A DNA stretch of 32,000 bases from Dickeya solani IPO 2222 (lineage in GTDB: Bacteria > Pseudomonadota > Gammaproteobacteria > Enterobacterales > Enterobacteriaceae). The stretch lies in NCBI RefSeq assembly GCF_001644705.1, contig NZ_CP015137.1, positions 630,001-662,000 on the forward strand, in the 5' to 3' direction. A program made the translations under genes and the position numbers. The notes beneath the pieces are model-generated. The model was not told the origin of the DNA, made no database searches, and was given only the letters and a program-made list of their open reading frames with translations. Of the stretch, positions 19,339 through 26,584 are shown one piece after another; position 1 is the stretch's first letter; each line of letters opens with the position of its first letter.

Positions 19339-20301
19339 TTATTTCACATAGCTGGCGTCGTACAGCGCGGACAGATCCGGCTTCTGGCGGATCACTTTCG
19401 CCTCCAGCAACAGTTTGGCCGCTTCCTCGCTGAACCGGGCGATCTCGCCGCTGAAAAAAGCGCGGTTTTGCTCTCTGTCCTGCCAACGCAGGTACTGCGC
19501 CGACTCGGCGAACGCCTGCCCGCTGGTTTTCACCGCCGCCCCCATAATCTCGTAAGCCTTGTCCGGCTGGGTTTTGATCATCTCCAGCGCGTCAAAGTAG
19601 CTTTCCACCAGCGCTTTTCCCACCTGCGGGTGTTGCTTCAGGAAATCCGGCGTGCAGCCCAGCGTGTCCATTACCATCGGGTACTCGAGCGTGGTGGCGA
19701 GGATTTTCCCTTTATCCGGTTGCTGACGCACAGTAGACAGGTACGGTTCATAACTCATGGCGGCGTCGTTCTGCCCGGCGACGAATGCCTGCGCGGCGGC
19801 CTGCGGCGACAGCGTCGCCACTTTCACGTCTTTCAGGCTCATGCCGTTTTTATCCAGAATCCACGCCAGCGCGAAATAAGGCGAGGTACCCGGCGCATCA
19901 ACGCCGATGGTTTTGCCTTTCAGATCGTGCACGCTGCGGATGTCGTTACGCACCGCCAGCCCATCGGCGCCGTAGGACTTGTCGAGCTGGACGATCTGTT
20001 TGAGCATCACGCCGCTGGCCGCCCAGGAGACATAGGTTTCCACCGTGGTGGCGGCGCACTGAATCGCGCCGGACGCCACCGCCAGATGGCGGTCCTTCTG
20101 CGGGATCATTTTCAGATCCACTTTCAGTCCATGCTGCTGGAAAATGCCGGCCTTGTCCGCCAGCGTCAGCGGAGCGAAGCCGGTCCAGCCGGAAATGCCG
20201 ATAGCCACCGGCGTTTCTTCTGCCTGTGCGGAGACGGCGGCGGCCAGACAAACGGCCATCAACGAGATTTTCCAACCGGTACGACCTGGTGCTGTACTCA
20301 T
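19339..20301 (-). CDS. NMT1/SsuA/TauA-like periplasmic substrate-binding protein of the hut-linked ABC transporter
   Basis: 320 aa with signal peptide …LMAVCLAAAVSAQA|EE. The fold family was judged from overall similarity to aliphatic sulfonate / NMT1-type binding proteins. Strong SD AGGAG lies 7 nt upstream. Confidence 0.82.
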   Translation of the reverse strand: MSTAPGRTGWKISLMAVCLAAAVSAQAEETPVAIGISGWTGFAPLTLADKAGIFQQHGLKVDLKMIPQKDRHLAVASGAIQCAATTVETYVSWAASGVMLKQIVQLDKSYGADGLAVRNDIRSVHDLKGKTIGVDAPGTSPYFALAWILDKNGMSLKDVKVATLSPQAAAQAFVAGQNDAAMSYEPYLSTVRQQPDKGKILATTLEYPMVMDTLGCTPDFLKQHPQVGKALVESYFDALEMIKTQPDKAYEIMGAAVKTSGQAFAESAQYLRWQDREQNRAFFSGEIARFSEEAAKLLLEAKVIRQKPDLSALYDASYVK

Positions 20302-20353
20302 GTTTCTACTCCTGTCAGGAAAAGAAAAAACAATGGACCGCCAGTGTTATAGT

Positions 20354-20367
20354 CTTGTCTATACAAG
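20354..20367. promoter_or_regulatory. HutC-type operator copy 1 (CTTGTCTATACAAG)
   Basis: This is the best dyad of the three copies (CTTGT-CTAT-ACAAG). It lies 53-66 nt upstream of the binding-protein ATG and abuts/overlaps the -12 element of the sigma54-like promoter. Confidence 0.75.
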
Positions 20368-20381
20368 CAAGGGTCATGCCA
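20366..20381 (-). promoter_or_regulatory. Sigma54 (RpoN)-type -24/-12 promoter candidate for the ABC transporter (hut) operon
   Basis: The minus strand reads TGGCATGACCCTTGCT, against the consensus TGGCACG-N4-TTGCW. The GG and GC dinucleotides are at exact canonical spacing, with only C6->T differing in the -24 box. Confidence 0.5.
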
Positions 20382-20460
20382 GCACGGCACAACTGGCGAA
20401 CTGACGGGAAAAACAGCGGGAATATACGGCAGGAATGGGCGTCAACCCCGGAGGAGAAAC

Positions 20461-20491
20461 GGCAGGGCGCCCTATAACGGTGCGCTCTGCC
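20461..20491. promoter_or_regulatory. 10-bp-arm dyad (GGCAGGGCGC-N11-GCGCTCTGCC), either an enhancer-binding-protein site or a hairpin terminator
   Basis: Nine of 10 arm positions are complementary. The centre lies ~110 bp upstream of the sigma54-like -12 element, which is the usual UAS distance. On the plus strand it is followed by CTGTTTTC, so it also looks like an intrinsic terminator. Confidence 0.3.
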
Positions 20492-20507
20492 CTGTTTTCA
20501 AACATGT

Positions 20508-20526
20508 AAACGGCAGCACGCCGTTT
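20508..20526 (-). terminator. Short hairpin just after the YkgJ-like gene stop
   Basis: AAACGGC-agcac-GCCGTTT forms a 7-bp stem 10 nt downstream of the stop at 20536. The minus-strand tail ACATGTTTG has a weak U-tract. Confidence 0.4.
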
Positions 20527-20535
20527 ACCATGCCA

Positions 20536-21300
20536 TCAGCTCGCGCGCAAACCAATAAAACCATAATACTGAGACGGCCCGGTCACCACCTGGGCGCCGG
20601 CCTGCTTTAACGGCTCCAGCACGTCCTCGCCGGAAACGTGGAATTGCCATACCCGGCTGAGCGCCGCTTCGGCATGCTCTTCGGCGGTGAATTGCCCGGC
20701 CAGCTCCAGCGCCGACGTAAAGGCGTTCATATCCGGCAGGTAAGCCGTGAAACCATCGCCTTTCAACGCGCTGGTGGCGATCCCCAACCAGTTGCAAACC
20801 GACGCCTTAATATAGACATCGTCGCGGTCCGCCTGACGGGAGCGTTCGATCAGTGCCTGCATTTCGCTATCCACCAGCCGGTCCGAGACAATCAACGCCT
20901 CTCCCTGCAGCCAGGCTTCCGGCGGGCAGTCTTTGCTGGCCTGCCGCAACGGAATATGCGGGTTGATCTCCATCGGATAAATACGGCACACCAGCGGGCG
21001 CCGCTCATAGATCCGGCAGTGCAAATCCTCATCCAGATTCCGGCAGGACTCCGGGTTGTAAGCGGCGAAAGTGATCGCGATAAACGCCCGGGTTTCGCCG
21101 CTGATCACATCACAGGAACGCGACTGAGCATGCTGGCGCTGTTCCGGTGGTACGCCGATGCCATTTTGCAAAAAACCTTCAGCCAGAATGATGATTTGCC
21201 CACCGTCTGACGCCCATTCACGGGCTTCAGACAGTGTCAGGGGTACATGATGCCCCATGCAGCATTTGCCGCATCCTACACAGGAAAACGCTGTATCCAT
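20536..21300 (-). CDS. YkgJ/UPF0153-family cysteine-cluster (CxxCxxCC) protein with an extra ~130-aa C-terminal domain
   Basis: 254 aa. The N-terminus carries C-VG-C-GK-CC, and later …CRIYERRPLVCRIYP… matches the E. coli YkgJ pattern (CRIYHSRPSPCREF). I did not recognise the C-terminal half. Confidence 0.75.
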   Translation of the reverse strand: MDTAFSCVGCGKCCMGHHVPLTLSEAREWASDGGQIIILAEGFLQNGIGVPPEQRQHAQSRSCDVISGETRAFIAITFAAYNPESCRNLDEDLHCRIYERRPLVCRIYPMEINPHIPLRQASKDCPPEAWLQGEALIVSDRLVDSEMQALIERSRQADRDDVYIKASVCNWLGIATSALKGDGFTAYLPDMNAFTSALELAGQFTAEEHAEAALSRVWQFHVSGEDVLEPLKQAGAQVVTGPSQYYGFIGLRAS

Positions 21301-21596
21301 TGATGATTAGCCTTTGTTTAACCTACACAGAACAGGAAGAAACCAGACGGGACGTTTCAGTGAACAGCCGGCATCGGGCCAGCCGTCCCATACCGACACG
21401 GCGGGAGTCAGCTTCCCGCCCAACGGCACCGCATCGGGCGATGTGTCTGAATCCCGTATTGATGATCAGGATTTCGTAAAGATAACGTCAATGTAACGTT
21501 AAGGATCGATATTTTGATAAATTTACAAATGTGGGGGATAGCGCGTGGATTAAGCACGATGGCCGGTCGGGCGACGTAGCAGACTCCGGCTGAATC

Positions 21597-21617
21597 AGGC
21601 CGCCGAGCCGGCGGCCT
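21597..21617 (-). terminator. Strong GC hairpin downstream of the ClpP-fold gene
   Basis: AGGCCGCCG-agc-CGGCGGCCT forms a perfect 9-bp stem 44 nt after the stop at 21661. There is no clear U-tract. Confidence 0.4.
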
Positions 21618-21660
21618 CAGGGTGGGAGCAAAGGGGTAAAACGGTGTGTCGGGCTGGGGG

Positions 21661-22335
21661 TTATCCCTTATCCCTGCCCGTGACATCGCTGATGAAATAA
21701 GCGACCTCGGCGGCGTGAATCTGCTCTTCGGTCGCGGTCGCCATCCGGATGTTTTCCGCCTCCTGATTGTTCAGAAACAGATGCGCGTCTTCGCTGTACA
21801 ACGCTTTGTTCATCGCCTCATCGCTCAGAGTCGAGCACTGCCGGTAAACATTCTTCAGCATGTCGACGTAATGCCCGGACCACTGCCGCTTGAGTTCCAG
21901 GCTGTCTGGCGCACTGCTTTTCTCATTCTGGTTGACGGTCGGCGGGTGAATCAGGATGGTGGTATCGGTCAGCATCACGCGGTTTTTCGCACCGCAGAAC
22001 AACAGGGTGGCGGCAGACGCCGTCATCGACATATCGACGGTGGTGACGGGAATACGCGAGCTTTTGATCGCCAGATAAGCCGCGTGCGCGCTATCCAGAT
22101 CGCCGCCCCCGCTGTTGAGATACAGATAAAGGTCATGAGCATTTTTGAAGCGCATATTGGCTTCGTCCAGCGCCATCGTCAGCTCGGTAATTTTTTCTTC
22201 ATTGATATTTCCGCTGAAATACATTTTTACCGCGGTAACAGCGTCCGGCGCGACGCCCGGCGTGGTTAGCGTTTTCAGATTGGCCATCGCGGTCACGGGC
22301 AATAACGCCAACAGCAGGCAGAGGCGTTTATTCAT
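21661..22335 (-). CDS. Secreted ClpP/crotonase-fold serine-peptidase-like protein (S14/S49-like, no AAA+ partner)
   Basis: 224 aa with signal peptide MNKRLCLLLALLPVTAMA|N. LYLNSGGGDLDSAHAAYLAI aligns with ClpP INSPGGSVTAG..IYD. MTASAATLLFCGAKNRVML aligns with ClpP GQAASMGAFLLAAG (Ser). ILIHPP aligns with ClpP IMIHQP (His). Confidence 0.7.
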   Translation of the reverse strand: MNKRLCLLLALLPVTAMANLKTLTTPGVAPDAVTAVKMYFSGNINEEKITELTMALDEANMRFKNAHDLYLYLNSGGGDLDSAHAAYLAIKSSRIPVTTVDMSMTASAATLLFCGAKNRVMLTDTTILIHPPTVNQNEKSSAPDSLELKRQWSGHYVDMLKNVYRQCSTLSDEAMNKALYSEDAHLFLNNQEAENIRMATATEEQIHAAEVAYFISDVTGRDKG

Positions 22336-22493
22336 GGTTTTCTTCCCTCATCGGTTATTCGGGCGGTGGTGCGCCATGCCCCTGGGCGGCAGGCAACTTA
22401 CTGTGTTACAAGCCGTCTTTCGGTGGAAACGCCAAAAACGTAACCGGATGTGATGGACATTTCCGTCATCGGTTTCATTGCCGAAGAGAACGG

Positions 22494-22507
22494 GTTGTCT
22501 ATACAGG
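22494..22507. promoter_or_regulatory. HutC-type operator copy 3 (GTTGTCTATACAGG), in the hutC / ClpP-fold-gene divergent region
   Basis: It carries the same TTGTCTATACAGG core as copy 2. It lies 93 nt upstream of the hutC ATG (22600) and ~160 nt upstream of the divergent gene, consistent with autoregulation. Confidence 0.65.
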
Positions 22508-22599
22508 ATTGGTCGTTGTTCGCTACACTGCGATCCTCTGTTGCCTTTGAGGATGACGCCTTGACCGACCTGCAAACCGCCTCCCAACTTGCCGCCGCC

Positions 22600-23310
22600 A
22601 TGAGTGATACCCCCGCGCCGATCTACCAGCGGGTAAAACAGGCGATTATCAGCCAGATTCGCAGCGGCGTCTGGCAATCTCATCAACGGGTGCCGTCGGA
22701 AAGCGAGCTGGTGAATGAACTGGGCGTCAGCCGTATGACCATCAACCGGGCGTTGCGAGAGCTGACCAGCGAAGGGTTTCTGGTGCGGATGCAAGGCGTG
22801 GGCACCTTTGTGGCGGAACAGAAAGCGCACACCGCGATGCTGGAAGTACACAACATCGCCGATGAAATCGCCGCCCGCGGCCACCGTCACAGCAGCCGGG
22901 TGCTGGTGCTGGAAACCCTCAGCGCCGACGGCGATCAGGCCGCGCAACTGGATATCGCCCCCGGCCAGCCGCTGTTTCACTCGCAAATCGTGCATTATGA
23001 AAACGACGTGCCGGTACAACTGGAAATCCGTTACGTCAACCCGCGGGTAGCGCCGGACTACCTGCAACAGGATTTCACCCGCGATACGCCGCATAGCTAT
23101 CTGAGCCGGGTGGCGCCGCTGACCGCCGGCGAGCACCGGGTGGAAGCGGTCGCCGCCGAACCGCGTCAGCGCGACCTGCTGGCGCTGGGCGAGCAGGAAC
23201 CCTGCCTGCTGATCCGCCGCCGCACCTGGCACGGCTCACGGGTCGTCACCGCCGCGCGTCTGTTTTATCCCGGCTCCCGCTATCAGCTATTCGGGCGCTT
23301 TGGCGGTTAG
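22600..23310 (+). CDS. hutC: Histidine utilization repressor HutC (GntR family, HutC/UTRA subfamily)
   Basis: MSDTPAPIYQRVKQAIISQIRSGVWQSHQRVPSESELVNELGVSRMTINRALRELTSEGFLVRMQGVGTFVAE is the HutC wHTH, followed by a UTRA effector domain. The ORF-track start 22450 would swallow the operator. ATG 22600 gives 236 aa, the HutC size. Confidence 0.92.
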   Translation: MSDTPAPIYQRVKQAIISQIRSGVWQSHQRVPSESELVNELGVSRMTINRALRELTSEGFLVRMQGVGTFVAEQKAHTAMLEVHNIADEIAARGHRHSSRVLVLETLSADGDQAAQLDIAPGQPLFHSQIVHYENDVPVQLEIRYVNPRVAPDYLQQDFTRDTPHSYLSRVAPLTAGEHRVEAVAAEPRQRDLLALGEQEPCLLIRRRTWHGSRVVTAARLFYPGSRYQLFGRFGG

Positions 23311-23349
23311 TCGTTATTCCCCGATCATCGTTGCCGTTGCAGCCTGTCG

Positions 23350-23410
23350 GCTAAAAAAGACAAAAACCCGATTTTCGCCATGCCGTTAACCGCATGGCGA
23401 AAATCGGGTT
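23350..23410 (-). terminator. Very strong rho-independent terminator on the minus strand (end of the acnB transcript or of a 3'-UTR RNA)
   Basis: AACCCGATTTTCGCCATGC-N8-GCATGGCGAAAATCGGGTT forms a perfect 19-bp stem (23365..23410). On the minus strand it is followed by TTTTTGTCTTTTTTAG. It lies ~250 nt downstream of the acnB stop. Confidence 0.75.
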
Positions 23411-23656
23411 CCGCAAGAAATACCGCGAGCGATAGTCTGTACATCAGGGACAATCAGCCGACAGCCTGCTGCTGCAACCGCCATCGCCCCCATTAATCTG
23501 GTTTCGATAATCAGGAAAGCGGGTGGAACCGGCAATGTTGCATCACAAGGGGAGACAAGTTCCACATCAGTGCCAAAACCACCCGCTTTTATTCAGTGCC
23601 TATACATCATCGCCAGTCATGCTACACCGCCAAAATACAATGCCATGACAACGCCG

Positions 23657-26197
23657 TTAACGAATATAGCGGTCAATCAAATTGAAGTTCAGATAGCGGT
23701 AGGTGTCGTCCGCGGTCTTGTCCACCTGCGCCATATACTGCTGGTACTCGTCCGGCGTCGGCAGACGCCCCAGCAGCGAGGCTATCGCCGCCAGTTCGGC
23801 CGACGCCAGATACACATTCGCGCCCGCGCCCAGACGGTTCGGGAAGTTTCGGGTCGATGTCGACACCACCGTCGCCCCGTCCGCCACCCGCGCCTGGTTG
23901 CCCATGCACAGCGAACAGCCGGGGATTTCGACCCGCGCACCGCTCTTGCCGAACACGCTGTAGTACCCTTCCTCGGTCAGTTGCGCGGCGTCCATCCGGG
24001 TCGGCAGCTGCCCCTTGTGCTGATCCAGCAGCTTGCCCGCCGCCCGGAAGTGACCGATGTTGGTCATGCACGAGCCGATGAACACTTCATCGATTTTATC
24101 GCCCTGCACCGTGGACAGCAGACGCGCATCGTCCGGGTCGTTCGGCGCGCACAGGATCGGCTCCCTGATGTCCGCCAGATCGATGTCGATCACCGCGGCG
24201 TATTCCGCATCGGCGTCGGCTTCCAGCAGTTGCGGGTCCGCCAGCCATTTTTCCATGCCCTGCACACGACGCTCCAGCGTGCGGCGATCGCCGTAGCCTT
24301 CGGCAATCATCCACTTCAGCAGGATGATGTTGGAGTTCAGGTACTCGACGATCGGCTCTTTGTTGAGCTTGATGGTACAGCCCGCCGCGGAGCGCTCCGC
24401 CGAGGCATCGGTCAGTTCGAACGCCTGCTCCGCTTTCAGGTCCGGCAACCCTTCGATTTCCAGGATGCGGCCGGAGAAGATGTTTTTCTTGCCCTTCTTC
24501 TCCACGGTCAGCAGACCCTGTTTGATCGCGTAGTACGGGATCGCGTGCACCAGATCGCGCAGCGTGATACCCGGCTGCATCTGGCCGGTGAAACGCACCA
24601 GCACCGATTCCGGCATATCCAGCGGCATCACGCCGGTGGCGGCGGCAAACGCCACCAGACCGGAGCCGGCCGGGAAGGAAATCCCGATCGGGAAACGGGT
24701 GTGAGAATCGCCGCCGGTGCCGACGGTATCCGGCAGCAGCATGCGGTTCAGCCAGGAGTGGATCACGCCGTCGCCCGGACGCAGCGACACCCCGCCGCGG
24801 TTCATGATGAAATCCGGCAGGGTGTGGTGGGTGTTGACGTCCACCGGCTTCGGATAGGCGGCGGTGTGGCAGAAGGACTGCATCACCAGATCGGCGGAGA
24901 AGCCCAGACAGGCCAGGTCTTTCAGTTCGTCACGGGTCATCGGACCGGTGGTGTCCTGAGACCCGACCGACGCCATCTTCGGCTCGCAGTAGGCGCCGGG
25001 GCGAATGCCGGCGACGCCGCAGGCACGGCCGACCATCTTCTGCGCCAGCGAGAAGCCGCGGCGGCTCGGCGCCACGTCTTTGGCCTGGCGGAACACCCCG
25101 CTGTGCGGCAGGCCGAGCGACTCGCGCGCTTTGGCGGTCAGGCCGCGGCCGACAATCAGCGGGATACGGCCGCCGGCGCGCACTTCATCCAGCAGCACGT
25201 CGGTTTTCAGCTCAAAACTGGCCAGCAGTTCGTTGCTGTCGTGGTGGCGTACTTCACCCTGGTACGGGTAGATATCAATCACGTCGCCCATGTTCAGCCC
25301 GGCGACATCCACCTCGATCGGCAGCGCGCCGGCGTCTTCCATGGTGTTGAAGAAAATCGGCGCGATCTTGCCGCCCAGTACCACGCCGCCGCCGCGCTTG
25401 TTCGGCACGTTCGGGATATCGTCGCCCATGAACCACAGCACCGAGTTGGTGGCGGATTTACGGGACGAGCCGGTGCCGACCACGTCGCCGACGTAGGCCA
25501 GCGGGAACCCTTTCCGGTTCAGCGCCTCGATCTGCCTGATCGGGCCGACGGCGCCGGGCTGATCCGGCTCGATGCCGTCGCGGGCGTTTTTCAGCATCGC
25601 CAGCGCGTGCAGCGGAATGTCCGGACGCGACCAGGCGTCCTGCGCCGGGGACAGGTCATCGGTATTGGTTTCGCCGGTGACCTTGAACACGGTGACGGTA
25701 ATTTTTTCCGCCAGCGCCGGGCGGGACAGGAACCACTCGGCGTCAGCCCAGGATTTGACCACCTGCTGCGCGTGGGTATTGCCGGCGTTGGCCTTTTCTT
25801 CCACGTCGTAGAAATTGTCGAACATCAGCAGGGTATGCGATAAGGCGTTGACGGCGACCGGGGCCAGAGCGGGATTATCCAGCGCTTCAATCAGCGGCTG
25901 AATGTTGTAGCCGCCCTGCATGGTGCCCAGCAGCTCGATGGCCTTTGCCGGGGTAATGAGGGGAGAAACGGTCTCGCCTTTGGTGATGGCAGCCAGGAAA
26001 CCGGCTTTGACGTAGGCCGCCTCATCAACACCCGGCGGAACGCGATTGACTAACAGATCGACTAAAAACTCTTCTTCTCCGGCGGGGGGAGTTTTCAACA
26101 ATTCCACCAGCGCCGCCATTTGCGAAGCCTCTAGCGGTTTGGGTACGGTACCTTGCAGGGTACGTTTGGCGACATGCTCACGGTATTCTTTCAACAC
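23657..26197 (-). CDS. acnB: Aconitate hydratase B / 2-methylisocitrate dehydratase (846 aa; apparently shorter than canonical AcnB)
   Basis: [71 protein letters not shown]... is colinear with E. coli AcnB throughout. The Fe-S ligand regions (…SFCHTAAYP…, …IGSCMTN…, …[11 protein letters not shown]…) are present. See the findings for the internal gap and the 3' end. Confidence 0.93.
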   Translation of the reverse strand: MLKEYREHVAKRTLQGTVPKPLEASQMAALVELLKTPPAGEEEFLVDLLVNRVPPGVDEAAYVKAGFLAAITKGETVSPLITPAKAIELLGTMQGGYNIQPLIEALDNPALAPVAVNALSHTLLMFDNFYDVEEKANAGNTHAQQVVKSWADAEWFLSRPALAEKITVTVFKVTGETNTDDLSPAQDAWSRPDIPLHALAMLKNARDGIEPDQPGAVGPIRQIEALNRKGFPLAYVGDVVGTGSSRKSATNSVLWFMGDDIPNVPNKRGGGVVLGGKIAPIFFNTMEDAGALPIEVDVAGLNMGDVIDIYPYQGEVRHHDSNELLASFELKTDVLLDEVRAGGRIPLIVGRGLTAKARESLGLPHSGVFRQAKDVAPSRRGFSLAQKMVGRACGVAGIRPGAYCEPKMASVGSQDTTGPMTRDELKDLACLGFSADLVMQSFCHTAAYPKPVDVNTHHTLPDFIMNRGGVSLRPGDGVIHSWLNRMLLPDTVGTGGDSHTRFPIGISFPAGSGLVAFAAATGVMPLDMPESVLVRFTGQMQPGITLRDLVHAIPYYAIKQGLLTVEKKGKKNIFSGRILEIEGLPDLKAEQAFELTDASAERSAAGCTIKLNKEPIVEYLNSNIILLKWMIAEGYGDRRTLERRVQGMEKWLADPQLLEADADAEYAAVIDIDLADIREPILCAPNDPDDARLLSTVQGDKIDEVFIGSCMTNIGHFRAAGKLLDQHKGQLPTRMDAAQLTEEGYYSVFGKSGARVEIPGCSLCMGNQARVADGATVVSTSTRNFPNRLGAGANVYLASAELAAIASLLGRLPTPDEYQQYMAQVDKTADDTYRYLNFNLIDRYIR

Positions 26198-26584
26198 AGC
26201 GCGTTCCTTATAAACTCAAATAATTCGCTCATAATCGGGTCAATCAGCGATATTCCTGTTGGTGGCGGCTCACGTTTTTCAAATAGAAAACACTCAGGCT
26301 GTTCACAATAAATCAAAGAATGACATTAGCTGGCGTTTTAACACCGATGAAATAAATTAAATAATCATCTCACTTAACATTGCCGGCCATATTAGTTAAC
26401 ATGCAATAGATAAAACCTGCTAAATTCCAATACCGGCCGACGGTAAAGAAAGAAAAATAACAAATCAATGGAATAATAATTAAAAGCATAAAATTCATTT
26501 AATTCTTTTTATTTATCCGCCAATGTGATCGCCGATCAACATTTCCATTCATGATCGCAGCTACTTTACCCCAGTCAAAAAATC

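Noticed and set aside
19096-20352. 418-aa plus-strand ORF
   Set aside because: It is antisense to the ABC permease and binding-protein genes and has an R/H/Q-rich shadow composition.
22399-22412. CTTGTAACACAG (minus strand) as a fourth HutC site upstream of the ClpP-fold gene
   Set aside because: The central spacer is one base short and the second arm is ACAG-T rather than ACAAG. The match is too weak to call.
22348-23232. 294-aa minus-strand ORF
   Set aside because: It is antisense to hutC, whose wHTH and UTRA domains are unambiguous on the plus strand.
23570-25843. 757-aa plus-strand ORF, the longest alternative frame in the window
   Set aside because: It is entirely antisense to acnB, which is highly conserved on the minus strand. 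Its composition (R, H, Q, G, A runs) is typical of a shadow ORF in GC-rich DNA.
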